DNA of 63,975 nucleotides, filler included, from Basidiobolus ranarum (lineage: Eukaryota): the NCBI GenBank assembly GCA_040143965.1. It is 3 parts of 3 records of this genome, joined end to end, with 100 filler letters (N's around TTAATTAATTAA, not from the genome) between each part and the next. Parts side by side here need not be neighbours in the genome. Positions count along the whole stretch, not along the records: positions 1 to 21,830 come from JASJQH010000196.1; 2 more parts are not named here. One strand, 5' to 3'. The notes below the pieces were generated by a model. It worked only from the letters and a program-made list of their open reading frames with translations. It did not search any database and was not told the DNA's origin. The translations under genes were made by a program, and so were the position numbers. Below are positions 1 to 12,857 of this stretch, piece after piece; the first letter of the stretch is position 1; every line of letters begins with the position of its first letter.

Positions 1-207
1 TACAAATCTAAGGGATACTACAAGACACCTCTTACCATTCCAGTACTTGCTGTAGTTGATACTGTTGTTGGTGCGCTCATTGCCTCAACTACGAAAGACT
101 ATGCCTCCAACATCACATTACAGACTTACCATGGTGGTCATTATATTTGGGAGGAGGTCCCAAAAGATACAACAAAGGGACTGGTCAGCTTCTTAAGTCA
201 TACATGA
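1..207 (+). CDS. 3' end of an alpha/beta-hydrolase (epoxide hydrolase/dehalogenase-like), truncated by window edge
   Basis: Frame 1 is open from base 1 to TGA at 205-207: ...LTIPVLAV...GGHYIWEEVPKDTTKGLVSFLSHT*. This fits the typical 'L.IPVL...GH...EE.P......FL' C-terminus containing the catalytic His. Confidence 0.7.
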   Translation, partial: YKSKGYYKTPLTIPVLAVVDTVVGALIASTTKDYASNITLQTYHGGHYIWEEVPKDTTKGLVSFLSHT

Positions 208-1969
208 ACATGTAATAATTATTATTTCTTGCTTCGAAACCATAACGTACAGTACAAAATATTGTATAGAATTTACTTTGAATATTAAGATAAATGCACC
301 TTTTATTCATTCGGGGCTTATTAAGTTTCAGATCACTCGCCAGTATTGTATTTATAGTTACCATTTATGGGAATATTGACGGACCAGAATTTGATGGCAG
401 GTGTGAGCAAATGGCGAACATGAAGTTCTTGAATTTTAATGGAAACCGCTCGAGAATATTTATACCAAAGCTTAGATCCATTTTAGTGATGTTTTCCGAT
501 ATAAAATAACTGATAAGCTTAGTTAATTGTTGTTTTTTACCTTGCTATCTTTAATACACATGCTAGTTCTTCTATCTGATGCTGCACCTCACTTGTCCAT
601 TTAGATAACTTCATTGCCTTGCAAAGTGTTGAACGGTTGAAATGTGGAAGCACTAAGATATTACGTTGATTACTTACTAACTTGATAACGGTCAAATACT
701 TTTCAGAACCTATGACAGTGATTGCTGGAGCTCGTAGGTCTTGCAAGGCGCTCCTAACTGCAGTACCTATTCGAAGTGAGATCCACCGTGAGACTCTCGG
801 GCTTGCTGATAATGCACTAAAGCAGGGAGAACTAGCTATGGAGTTTATACTATATGTCGGCTTAAACTAGAGTAGAGAAGCAGTTGAACGCTAACTCTAA
901 ATTTGTTCAGATTGAAGCACTGGATTATTAATCAAGAAACAATGTGAGATGGTATTAGTATATATGATGGCTACTATTGATAACTGTGGGGATCAGTGAA
1001 TTGAAATGGTCGAGCCCTATGCTGGGTATTCTTACGATGGGGTGGTCTACAAATTTTTCCCTTTTCTTCACACTTTGACTCACAGAACAGATCAATTATG
1101 TTTGGTCCAAGGCTTTCTCTGATAGGATCAAGGATTGAAGATTGATCAGATTCAGCTTGAAAAATGGATTGATATCATCTTTGGTATCCCATGAATATAG
1201 CACTAAATATGCAAAGATTATCGAGTTTTATTGTACTAATGACCATTTACACATGCGTTGCTCTTTCCAGGATCACCACCACTTTCATTTCTTTAACCAT
1301 CACTCAGAACGGAGCGGCAGTGGGAAGGCATTCAGTATGACTCTTCAACTACCCTATGCAAGTCATTACTACAAATAGAGTAGCATTTAGAATCTACGAG
1401 ATATATTGCATAAGACAGTTGCGAGTATAGAAGTGAGCATGACCTATAAGGCTATCGAGAATACGATATATATTACGTTTGTAGGTATTGTAACACAAAG
1501 TGTGACTACAAATACAGTTTCAATAGGTGTTAATTGTGCTAGGTATCTACGCCACTGCTTCATGACTTAGAATAATAGAACTCTCGTGGTACATATGGCT
1601 ATCATTACTTAATTAGTATACTTTAAGCCACCCAAAAATTGAGTAGGTACTGTTGTATCCTAGTACTCCAAACGCAATAGATTGACCAAAAATAACGTAG
1701 TAGTAGATTGTTGTATCTCAGTACACCAACATCAAGTTCGGATAAGATGATTCCTTTTAACATTCGTAGTAATATATATGTCAGGATTGTCAACCAGCTC
1801 ACTCAAGCTATTTGTTATACATGGATCCTTCTGAGAAAATCTTGATTTGCAATCTCTCAAGGAAAAAGTATAAATGTTAGTGATTTCAATGTTTAGAAAG
1901 AATAAGACGCACTTGAGCTCTATCTCTCAGGGACTAAATACTCGGTACCAATTACTCTTCTCAACTATC

Positions 1970-2701
1970 ATGTCCGTGGAATCTACCAAAGTGAAGTTCG
2001 CTTATGAACTGAACATGCAAGGCAGCGAATTTGAGACCTACGAAAAAGGTCAAACCGTCCGCTTCAATTATGGAGACCCATATAATGACAAGTTCCGCTC
2101 GGTAGTTGTCGGTGCTTCGGTCAGATTAAATATCTGGGAGCACAATGAATTTGACACTCCTGTCCCGGGCAAATATGATGAATTAGCTGCAGGCACTTAT
2201 AATGACTTGGACTATTTAAATGGGGTCTCCAAATTTCAGGTTATTGGTGCTGAGTTCCAATACGGTATCGATGTTAAATTGGTTGATCAATTAAACAAGC
2301 CTAAGGGTGCCTATGAATTTACCATCATTCCGTACCAGGTTGAAGCTGTCAAAACCAATTCTGGTGATGACTTCGTTCAAGTCCCAATCCCTAAATTAAC
2401 TCCGCCTGACTCGGAAATCGTAGTTCAGATTTCAGTTCGTGCAACTGAATGGCCCGGGGCTACTGTTGCAAACGGTTCCATTTATTTTAAATACAATCCA
2501 TCTACTGGAGTTCTTTCTTACAGAAAAACCGAAGGTTTCCCGACTAACATGAGTGTGACCCAAGGTAAGAATTTGATTATATTTATTGGATGCAGACCAT
2601 ACGATTTAGACCATAACTAACCTTATTTTATTATTATCTCGATTCTCCAAAAAGATGATAATACCTCCTTCATCTTTAGTTTGGACAGCGTTTCAAGCTA
2701 A
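1970..2701 (+). CDS. cadA-like: DdCAD-1/CadA-like calcium-dependent cell adhesion protein (beta/gamma-crystallin-like N-domain + Ig-like C-domain), 213 aa
   Basis: join(1970..2564,2655..2701); intron GTAAGA...CTAAC...AAAG. Product [10 protein letters not shown]...[14 protein letters not shown]...[15 protein letters not shown]...[13 protein letters not shown]...NGSIYFKY...[24 protein letters not shown]. It matches the Dictyostelium DdCAD-1 sequence end to end as I recall it. No signal peptide. Confidence 0.92.
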
Positions 2702-5659
2702 ACTGCTTTGCAAATGCCAAGTTATTGGACCCATTCTGATACCAGATTATTGATTAATACAGTATAATTGATCTCGGTTCAAATAAACTCTGCTTGGGAA
2801 TATTTACTATTTTACTTGAGTTTTGAGTCAATTTAGCTAGTATATTATTAAGATATAACAGTATCATTCTTGTTGTTTCTGTAACACTGATTACAAACAG
2901 ATATACCATTGTTCTAGTAAAATGTGTAGTAGGTATCAACATATTCGTTTTGTATTCTTAGATCTTTAGTGTGGACTGATTAGTTGATATTACGCGTCGA
3001 TATGTGAAGATAAAGAACCTTCAGTTTAATTGAAGTTCAGATCTCAAGCCCCGCGCAAGCAAGACGGAAAATGTTGGGAGGATTACTCATTTTGGTCTTA
3101 TATTACACTTTATCTTTATAACCGTCTTCAAAAGAAACAAGGTATCAACAAAAATAAGGTATCGGAACTGCTTACTATGTAAGATATATGATATGTGATT
3201 GGCTGTGCGGAAACAAATAAGATATAATAGAAGCAGCATATGTGTCTCTATATACCCCAAGCAAATACTCAGTTATAGTGTTGCCTTCTAAGCTACAGGC
3301 CCAAAATCCGGGCAATCAAATCATGATAATAATAGCACTCTGACCTTATCTATAAGCACTATCTCTTTTTTGTACTTTTTTGACCGATTGACCATTTCAA
3401 AATATTTAAAATCAAATAGGGATTTTAGATATTGTGAAATGGAAAGGTCAACCAAAACACTGGGTGAGCTACTTTCTATACTGCCAAATATAGAGAACAA
3501 ACAATTTATAGAGAACAAACAATTCCAAGATGTGCATGATCACTTCAACCTTACCAAACGCAAAAAGTGTGTGCTCCATCGATGCAGATGTCTACCTCCA
3601 AGTACATCAGGATGATTCATTCCAGATAGATGGTATTCCAGATAGGTAGAATTAGATGGAATTCTTTCTTCAACAAACAACCACACTGCTATTTCTTCTC
3701 TTCTTAGGATTAGGGCTGAGTGGTTCAATGACTTAGAGTTGGCATATGAATGAGTGGCGGGTTATTGCAATACATGTCTTCACTATGAATGTGACCCTTG
3801 GTAAATATTTTTCCAGTGGTTTCGAGGCTTATTCGTAGAAGAAAATTTCATTATCAAGATCGCCATTTCCAATTGGCTACCACCGTAAGGTTTCGAACGA
3901 TCACTGGTTACCAGGCACCAACTTGAAAAGCAATTTGGGATATTACATATACAGATTGATAACATAATACTTGCGCATCAAGCCACTTTTTATGATACGA
4001 GACCAACCTATCAAAGATATTATATGGTTATTTATCTAAACCTTACTATGCTGAACCAGCTCAAAATGGTACTCCTACCATTGCGATGGATTCTTCAGAT
4101 TGTAATAAGTATAAAATCTGTACTATTCCCATATGTATCCCAAACTCAGGTTCTGCTATTCCTGTCCCTGTTAATCATTGACTGAGTAATATCTCATGTG
4201 GTCCAATTCATCGTCGAAGCATCATTCTTCCGGCCCATCTCCAAGTAGCCCAACTGATTGTAAATCAGAAGATATTCCAGTATCAAAGAGAACCACACTC
4301 CCCAGTACTCGTTCCGATAAGTATGAAAGATCTCTCAATGAACTTGAAACATTCCTCGATGCGTCAAGCTTAAGTAAATGTACGTTGGAACAGAAGGTAG
4401 AATATGCTAAGATCGCCTTTCTTCTAGATCAAAGCTTGCTGGCATTCTTTAAAAATGATTCGACGTTGTAGTGGTTCAATACCTTCTTTACCCTACAACA
4501 AATTAGGATATTCCATGTAAAAAATACAACCACGATAGAATACAAATAGATTCCTTGCAATTCCGATGCCACTTGATGTGTATATAATGCTTAACGTAAC
4601 AAATATGAATGCTGAATAAATTACTTAATAGATTCCTAGTACTACTAGATGTACATGTAAAACCTTATTAACTTCTATTTTATCTTGAAAGCTATAGGCT
4701 TTCGCTGAAAAAAAGGCATAAACAAAAGTGCAGCAGTTTCTAGCCTTTGTGAATCCTGAAAGTAGATACAATATGTTCAGGATGAAACATTGTATTTCGC
4801 AATTCAGGTCATTTGGTATTAACATTTGTCACATATGAATGCTCCAGAATTATATCCACCTCGCTAACTCTTAGTGAAATGACTCAAGCATGATTAGGGT
4901 AAAATTCAGCTGTGCAGAAGCCATGCTAATTCTCATTATACCATTCTAATTAATAGAAGCCTGTACGATTATATATCGATGGAAGTACACCTTATTTTTG
5001 CCATTCGACATTTGCGTAGTACAGATAGATATTCTACACTGAATACACTAAACAGAGACTTAGCCAATGAGTAAGGTACTACTCAGGGTTAGGGTTAACA
5101 CTCTAGCAAGCCCTGTTGGAGATATATTTCTTCTCAAGTTGCTGAATAACTTGGAGTTGAGATATATCATGCTATAATAATCAATGTAAGTACTTGTAGA
5201 GCATATTCATGCGAGATAACACTCATGTTCTGAACAACTAAGATCAAATGGGTGCAATATATTGTGGTGTTACTGAACTCTGTTTTAACAAGGTAAAATA
5301 TAAATCTATGCCAAACTCTTCAACTCTTTCCTCTATTGAGAGTTTAGCAAATACTTTCTTCGATAGACGAATCAACCACCTAAACACTTCATTAGAATAC
5401 AAATCACTTTTATTTCTTCTTATCATCCCAGATACCTCGACATAGAGCATATTCCAAACAACTCTTCATTATGTTTTTAGTAAAGTTGACGTCTCTTACT
5501 TCTGCGCTAGTAGTCTAGGCATACCAGATTTCAATGGATTTCAACTAACATGTTACAAAGTCAATCTTTGACTGTGCTACTTGACTTTCATCTCGTTCTT
5601 AACTGTGATATGTCTAAGATAGAGCACTTACCTATTTTTGGGGTTCAGTGTAATTCAAA

Positions 5660-5990
5660 TGTTGAAATTAACACAGCCTAAGCATCTATATAGTCATTAG
5701 TAGCTTCGCATTTAGTTATTCCATATTTCATTACGATAGCACTCACTATTCTCAAGAGGAATTTACTTAGAAGTTTGAAGATATATAGATTTTTTCAAAC
5801 TCGTCGTAGCAGCCTCAGACTTTGCACACATATTTATGAGACCTTCCTTAACACATAGTATACGTTTGCTTGTTTACCTCTTGACAAGACTATAAATGTC
5901 AACTTTCCACTCGATTAATCAATAAGTGAAATCCACAAATTCTTCTAACCTTCCAAACCACTTCCAATAACTCCCAAAATCCTTTTGAGA
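5660..5990 (+). mobile_element. Solo LTR-like repeat, family A, diverged copy
   Basis: Starts TGTTGAAATTA and is colinear with the copies at 45188 and 56960; 3' terminus is degenerate, so the end is approximate. Confidence 0.75.
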
Positions 5991-6221
5991 TTTCAAATCT
6001 AAAATGGAAATAAATGCAATATGAGATAACGGGAATATATTTTACAAATTTGGGATGTTTATTTCATAATTATTGAACTTATATCAATGGCCTTGATATG
6101 GATAGCAACGTTAAGAAAAGTATTCAAAGATTCACTTCATAGTTGTTAGATGATGTGTAGAAAAATGAGACAAGTCTTTAATGTCGCAAAATATAATTGG
6201 GCAAGTTATTTAAAATAAACC

Positions 6222-7237
6222 CTATAATACATACTTCTCTACAAATTCTATGATGTGGCTTAAATGTTTGGACCAGGTGCTGTTTAATGGATCAGCGTTA
6301 ACAACTCCATCAAACCCATGCTCTTGTCCTTCCACCAAAATTAGGGAACACTCTACTCCCAATTGATCGAATTTCTCTTTTGCTCTGAGACTTTCTTCCA
6401 GTTTTACGGCAGTGTCGGAGGTACCGTGAAGAATAACGATGGGTGGAAAGTCTTTCTGTATGGCAAGTGAGGGAACCATTTTATCTACTCCAGGAGGCAA
6501 ATTATTTACATCAGAGACACCAAGCACATATTTGGCCCATAATCCATTCAAAACGAGGGCGTGGAATAAAAGTGCGCGACCAGTTATATTCACCCCAGTA
6601 ATTGGTAGGTCTGAAATCTCTGGACGACCTTCTTGTAGGTATTCCTTGACTTCGGCAATATCTAGCCATCCAATTCCTATGATTTCGTCATCAGGATGAG
6701 GTTGCGTATATGTAGGAGAAAGGGGCTCATACATTCCATAACAATTGATGACACAAGCTGGCTTGATACTAGCAGCGGCAGATACAATATAGGCGCAATA
6801 TCCTCCTGCACTTGACCCAGCAACAAACGACTTTTTAGGATCCACTTTTATTCCTGAAGAGACAAGCTCGGACTCTAATCCACCGCCAATTACCCAGTTC
6901 CACGCATCGGAAAGATCTGATAGTAGCTCCACTCCTTTGGTTTCTGGAGCAAGTCGATAATCAGCCGACACAAATAGCCATCCTCGAGATACACATGAAT
7001 CAATTAACCATGGAGGAAGGAATGACTTTCGATTACCTACAACCTATTAAAATGTTATATTCCATTAATGCATTTTAGGCCTTGGATAACCATTCTTACC
7101 ATGCCACCACCATGGAAATACAAACACACGGGACGATGCGACAACATGGAGGCTTCATTCGGTATGAACACATCTGCCTTGACTTTCAAAGAGTGTATTG
7201 TCTTAAAGACGTACGTATTGATGGAATAGGAAGTCAT
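6222..7237 (-). CDS. HSL-family (alpha/beta hydrolase_3) esterase/lipase, ~319 aa
   Basis: complement(join(6222..7043,7100..7237)); HGGG oxyanion motif at the end of exon 1, DYRLAPE, GSSAG nucleophile elbow, HGTSD, HGF. Confidence 0.9.
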
Positions 7238-7549
7238 AATTATCTTTGAACGAGCCGAAATCGAAATCATTTCATTTATATCCAATTCTGTTCGTACCAG
7301 CACAATCATTGGGGGCTAAGTTTGTTAGAAATCTTCTGTTACTCATACGTATAAGCTCCTACCACAAATATTATCGAAATATCAACAAGTTGCTTATAAA
7401 GCATCGCTGTATCGATGTGAAACTATTCTCAGTGATACTACTGTCTTTTGTACGCAATTAGCGTCACTAGTGTTGACCCCTCCTAACTTGAAACTATCAT
7501 GAAATAAATTAAAACCAAGGTTCTACATATATGGTTATCCTACAAAATA

Positions 7550-7633
7550 GTCGATTATTACTGACAAACGATAGGCTCTTTATTATCGAGTATTTAGTCT
7601 GTGAGCCTAAGCGCTTTGTCAGTAATAATCGAC
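7550..7633. repeat. 84-bp hairpin / inverted repeat
   Basis: GTCGATTATTACTGACAAA (7550-7568) pairs perfectly with TTTGTCAGTAATAATCGAC (7615-7633); the stem extends inward via TAGGCTC/GAGCCTA. Confidence 0.9.
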
Positions 7634-9602
7634 ACCACATTATGTTTGAGATTACACTAACCAATCCACCGAATTGGTGGACAAATTATGGAGTATGATA
7701 AGCTAGGTAATCAAAGCAACACAATGCTAGATTTGTATTGAATCGCGTGGTATTATTGTCTAGTTTAAGAACATACTTATATATTGTATCAATATTAGTA
7801 ATATCAATGGGAGTTAATCATGAAATGCCATTTAAAGAAGTTCCAAATGTTGCGCCACCACAATTCGAAACACGGTAGTGTGAGGACCTACACCACGACC
7901 TGCGTCATCCACCACCGTCAAAATAGTATGATCAAAATTAGGGAGAACTGTTTCAACTTTTCCATAAACTTTCCCATCATCGAATTTTGAAACTGTATCT
8001 TGAAATTGACTTTTTACTTTCCCATTATAAACTTTAGCCAGTTAGAAAACTACATCACCTTTAGTTACCAAGCAGCACACCAACATAGAAATAATGGGTC
8101 AAACAATTTTACAAGCTAAAGGCCATCCTCAGTCTGGAGCTCGCACTATCCTTTGTTTGTTACAGTCATTGACAACATTTGTCGGAGTGGAACATTCTTC
8201 TAAAAATAGTAATAGCGCGTGATTCTTGTCGTTTTTATGTGAGAGTGAACCTCGAAAAATAACAAACAAGGAATTTACCAATTCAGCAAAGCCCGAAATA
8301 ATGATCACATAAAGCGCTGATTAGTGAAATGAATCTATCACGTTGTTAATAGGAACATTCCGTTTATTGGCAAAAAGATTGGTACAAACCCCCTTAAAAC
8401 ATTTGGGTGGTGCACTTTTAGTATAGTAAAGCATAGGCCAGTAGGTGGACATGAATACATGGAACGATTTGGAATTTTCATCATTGACCGCTTGCTCTCG
8501 GTTTAGCATTAGTAGTCGAAAATTCGGAATAAAAACTACACTAAATGGGCTGGAAATAGCAGAGTGGCACCGTGGCTAGTGAGCAAAATGGCTAAATATG
8601 GCAGCGTGTTACTCAAAATGAGAGTCTACCACGTTATAGAGATATTTACACCTACAGGTTTTCTTAGTCAGTGAATTAGAGGACTTGATTTATTTGGCAT
8701 GGTATGATATATTTGGAACTAAATAAGTTAATTTCCTAACTTGTCTTTCCGTATATTATCCCGGACACCAAGGACAGCTTCAGTGCTAGGGTTAAATTAT
8801 AGGTTAATTTGCGCTGTTATGGTATGGGCCTAAAGAAATTCGATGAATGGGTACTAGTGGATGTTTGGTGAGTGGATACGTATATAGTATACATTTGCTT
8901 ATTTGGTGTACAAATGTTTTTGGTCTATGATTGAAATTCAACTGAGACGCTGGTTTGGTATCTAAAAGAGGGTGATTGCTTAATGTATACACCCGATTCC
9001 ATGCAAACATTAGAGTGCTACTGTTACTCAGACTTCGAAGTAATCCTACTGTTATTCAGACCTGGGAGTAGTTCTATGTATGAGATATATATATACGCTT
9101 TGTACATGATTTGCTCTTTAGTATCGGTATAGTATACCGTTCATTTGGTTGCTACGCGTCTATAAATCGCGTTTGTTCGGAATTTCCTCTTTTGCCTTGC
9201 AAATATAAGAGCCAATGGTTTTCACTGAAAAGAGATATATTTGTTAGTTATTTGCACCTTCTCGGAATACCACTAATTCTGGAAGAGTAAAAATGTTAAG
9301 CTAGTCAAATCAACAGGTCGAGATGAACGTTTACAGTATAGATAATCCTAGGCCTTTGTGAAACACAAACCCTTCAAGGATATGTCCATTAGTGATCCAG
9401 GTAATCATTATGTTAAATGGGAAACATTCTACACAGTCTGAAATGCTTCTCCATTCGTACAACCCTCTATATGGTTCTTACTAGAGTGGGAGCAATCAAA
9501 CTCCGACGGGTATCAAATTCAAGTATAAATATCTCGGTAATAATCTTAAGCTTTCAAAGTTAAATATACATCTCACAGTTCAAACTCAACAGAACAATAA
9601 TC

Positions 9603-11060
9603 ATGTTTGGTCGTTCTGAAAAAGAAGCTAAGGGGTCTACCGATTCACGAGAGGTTGGATTCACCGTCTATACTGTCCTATGTGTTTGCATTGCTTGCCT
9701 TGTATCCTTCAACAATGGTTGGAATACCTCTGACACCAATATTATTCAAGCTTCCATCACCGGTTGCGAAAATCCTCATGAGAAGGTTGACTGATTCCCT
9801 TGTTGCTTCCCTATGGATGACTGGTTGTTAGGTTTCGCTATCAGCAGTTTCTCTATTGGTGGTGCCATGGGTGGTCTTTCTGCTGGTTGGGCTCAAGCTA
9901 AATTCGGTCGTCGCAACTCCCTTCTTTTCAACAATCTCATCTTCATCATCGGTGCTTTACTTATCAGTTTGTCCAAGAACGAAGGTACATGGATTGTTGG
10001 TCGTTTCTTCACAGGTGTTGGCTCAGGCTTCGGAACTGTTGTTCTTCCTACCTATATTGGTGAAGTATCTACTACCAAAGTTCGTGGTGCTTACGGTGCT
10101 ATGACCCAGTTGACATGTGTTGTTGGTCAGTTGGTTACTCAGGCTGCTGGTCTTGGTCTCTCTTCTCGTGCTGGTTGGCGTGTGTGCTTGGGTCTTACCG
10201 GTGCCATTGCTATTCTCCAATTAGTTACCCTGATATTCATTACTGAAACTCCTCGTTACTTCATTTCCAAGGATCGTATTGAAGATGCCGAGAAATCTTT
10301 ACTTAAACTTCGTAAGGGTATGGATATTACCCAAGAACTTCAAACAATGATTGATGCTCGTGCTCAATCCAAGATTTCAGGAGAACAGTCTTCAATCATG
10401 GATGGTTTCAGATTCATCATGCAAGATCCCACCACTCGCAAGCATGCCTTCATTTGTATGTTCCTTTGTATTATCCAGCAGCTTTGCGGTATCAACGGTA
10501 TCATGTACTACTCAACCGCTATCTTCACTTCCATCTATGGTGGTCAAACTGCTCAGTATCTTACCGTCGGTGTCGGTGCTATCAATCTTCTTGCCACTCT
10601 TGTTACTATCGCTTTGATTGATCGTGTTGGAAGAAAGTTCCTTGTGCTTGTTAGTCTTGCTGGTATGGCTGCTTTCAATGTTCTCATGATCATTGGTATT
10701 CAGTGTGATGATTCTGGTCTGGTCATTCTTGGTCTATTCGCATTCGTTGTCGCCTTCGCTTTGGGTATGGGTCCCATTCCTTTTTTGTTGATTTCCGAGC
10801 TTATTCCTACCAGAGCTGTCTCTACTGTTGCATCTAGCGCTCTCGGTCTCAATTGGCTCGGTAACTTTGTTGTTGGTTTCTTCTTCCCATCATTGAAGAA
10901 CACCATGCAAGGTTATGTATTCTTGATCTTCGTCTGTTGCTGTATTGTTGGTTTCATTGGTGTTCTCTTCATCTTACCTGAAACCAAGGGACGTAGTATT
11001 AAAGATATTACTGGTCATGGTAAAGCACCCGATGCTGTTTGCACCATCAGATCCGAATGA
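9603..11060 (+). pseudogene. MFS sugar porter (GLUT-like) interrupted by a single in-frame TGA at 9792-9794
   Basis: ORFs 9603..9794 and 9813..11060 are in the same frame (…EKVD*FPCCFPMDDWLLG…). Motifs FGRR, ETPRY, QQLCGIN, DRVGRK, GPIP and PETKG are intact. No frame-preserving GT-AG intron spanning the stop was found. Confidence 0.8.
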
Positions 11061-11910
11061 GCATTAAGAAATAGAACATTCATTCCATCGTTGTTTACAT
11101 TACTTAGAACATATCCATACATAATAATCTTTATTTCCATATTATAATCAATTTTACCCATTAGAATATACTTCATTTTCTTTGAGTTGTCCTTGGCGAA
11201 ATTTATCCGTTATTTTTAAACATAGAAATATTCTATCGAAATCATTGACTTTGAAATTATCCGTTGTTTGCTCATTCACCCATGTCTTAAACTCAAAGAC
11301 CACTTAAAAAGTAGACTATCTCAATTTAGAGTAAAATAAGTACCGTAATTATGATTTTCACTAATTTTGGAGAATAGATATATGGTCAATCTCTTGTTAA
11401 TATACTATATATAGTCAAATGCTTTGACTTTTATAGCCACTATAAATAAATTCATCAATATATAGAAGTTCATTGAATTTAAACAGTTACTTGAACTAGT
11501 TTAGATATGATGTCATTTAGGGAAACTTGACAGCTTGTGATTGCGTTTAGTTGTCTTGTAGAATATACAATGAATATAGAAAGTTCCTTAACAAGAATCG
11601 AATGTACAGCAAAGAATCTTGGAATAGTTCGCTATTGGAAGAATAGTTAACAGGTAACATAATATTTTGGATTAAAGTTACAAAAATCTAAATCAAATAT
11701 GAATAAGTGACTAAAGTAATGCTTAAATATACACAAGTATTTATACTCGTGTTAGAAATTAAAAAGAGTAATGACTAGGATGTGTTTCTAGATTGCTGAG
11801 AAAGTTGGTGTTAAAGTTTAGGGTGATTTTACAAGTATGAAGAATGCATGGATATGTGACCGCAGTATGAAATTGCATTATTTTCTAATTTCTTTTTGAT
11901 GAAACTTAAT

Positions 11911-12046
11911 AACTTTGCATACATGTTCTTGGGACCTTCTTTAACATATTCTACATGTTTATATACTCAATAAATCAATAAGTGAAGTCCACCAATTCTT
12001 CTAGTTCTCCAAACCACTTCCAACAAACTCTCAAAACACTTTAACA
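11911..12046 (+). mobile_element. Partial (3' half) solo LTR family A
   Basis: AACTTTGCATACATGTTC...CAAACCACTTCCAACAAACTC...CTTTAACA matches the 3' part of the other copies, with an internal deletion. Confidence 0.75.
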
Positions 12047-12737
12047 GTATGAAAATGGTGCACTCACTATCTTTCACCATATATGGTGAGCATTATTGCG
12101 AAAAATTGAATTGCATGAAAGTAGTTTTAAGAATTGGAGTTGCTATGGACTTTACTTATGTGATTAACAACAAACAAAGATAAGATATTGGTACTCTTTG
12201 GTGGAAATACACAAAATAGACAGGGAGTTGTGTTCAGAACTTATTATCCTGGGGTCAATTTGAAGGTCTTTGTAATAGTACATTTGATTTTGCTAATTTT
12301 TGGATCTTACACATATGTACCAAATATATGATCCAGTTACAGCTAATTGATGTATGAAAAGTCAAGTTTCCTAACTTGACTGTGATATGAGATTGTTAGA
12401 TGCATAAAGATAAGGATAAGAAATATGATAAAGACTATAAACTTCAACAAACATGTAACAAGTTTATGGGTTTATTCAGGGCTCAGCATCTCCTGCAAGA
12501 ACCAAGTACCAATGCGATGTTCAATAGAGGAGAATATGCTTCTTCAACTTGAAAAAATACCAAGATACATATTGGAATGTACCTAAACAGGTAGCGCTCT
12601 GAAATATAGAACAATCTGAATGGAAAAGTAACAACTTCAAATCTAAAACCGATTATTGTGTAAAACTAGCTGAAACACATATAAGAGGTGTGAGTCATTA
12701 TTATGACAGACCATAACACTATGTCACATAAGGTATA

Positions 12738-12857
12738 AATGAGAAACCAATTCTACTTTATGGAAAAATATCTCAAAAGAGAGATTCACAGGTACTAAGA
12801 ACAGATCAATGAGACCAATTCTACTTTATGGAAAAATATCTCAAAAGAAGATTCACA
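12738..12857. repeat. Imperfect direct repeat (~50-bp unit, two copies)
   Basis: AATGAGA(A)ACCAATTCTACTTTATGGAAAAATATCTCAAAAGA..ATTCACA at about 12738 and 12808. Confidence 0.85.

Noticed and set aside
1874-1969. N-terminal extension and [12 protein letters not shown] tail of the 248-aa ORF
   Set aside because: Similarity to DdCAD-1 starts at ATG 1970, and the tail is intron read-through.
11809-12046. Possible element bounded by TGTTAAAGT/ACTTTAACA 9-bp inverted repeats
   Set aside because: The left part has only weak similarity to the LTR and there is no TSD; only the 3' fragment is supportable.
12738-12857. Direct repeats considered as a CRISPR-like array
   Set aside because: Only two copies, eukaryotic context, no cas genes.
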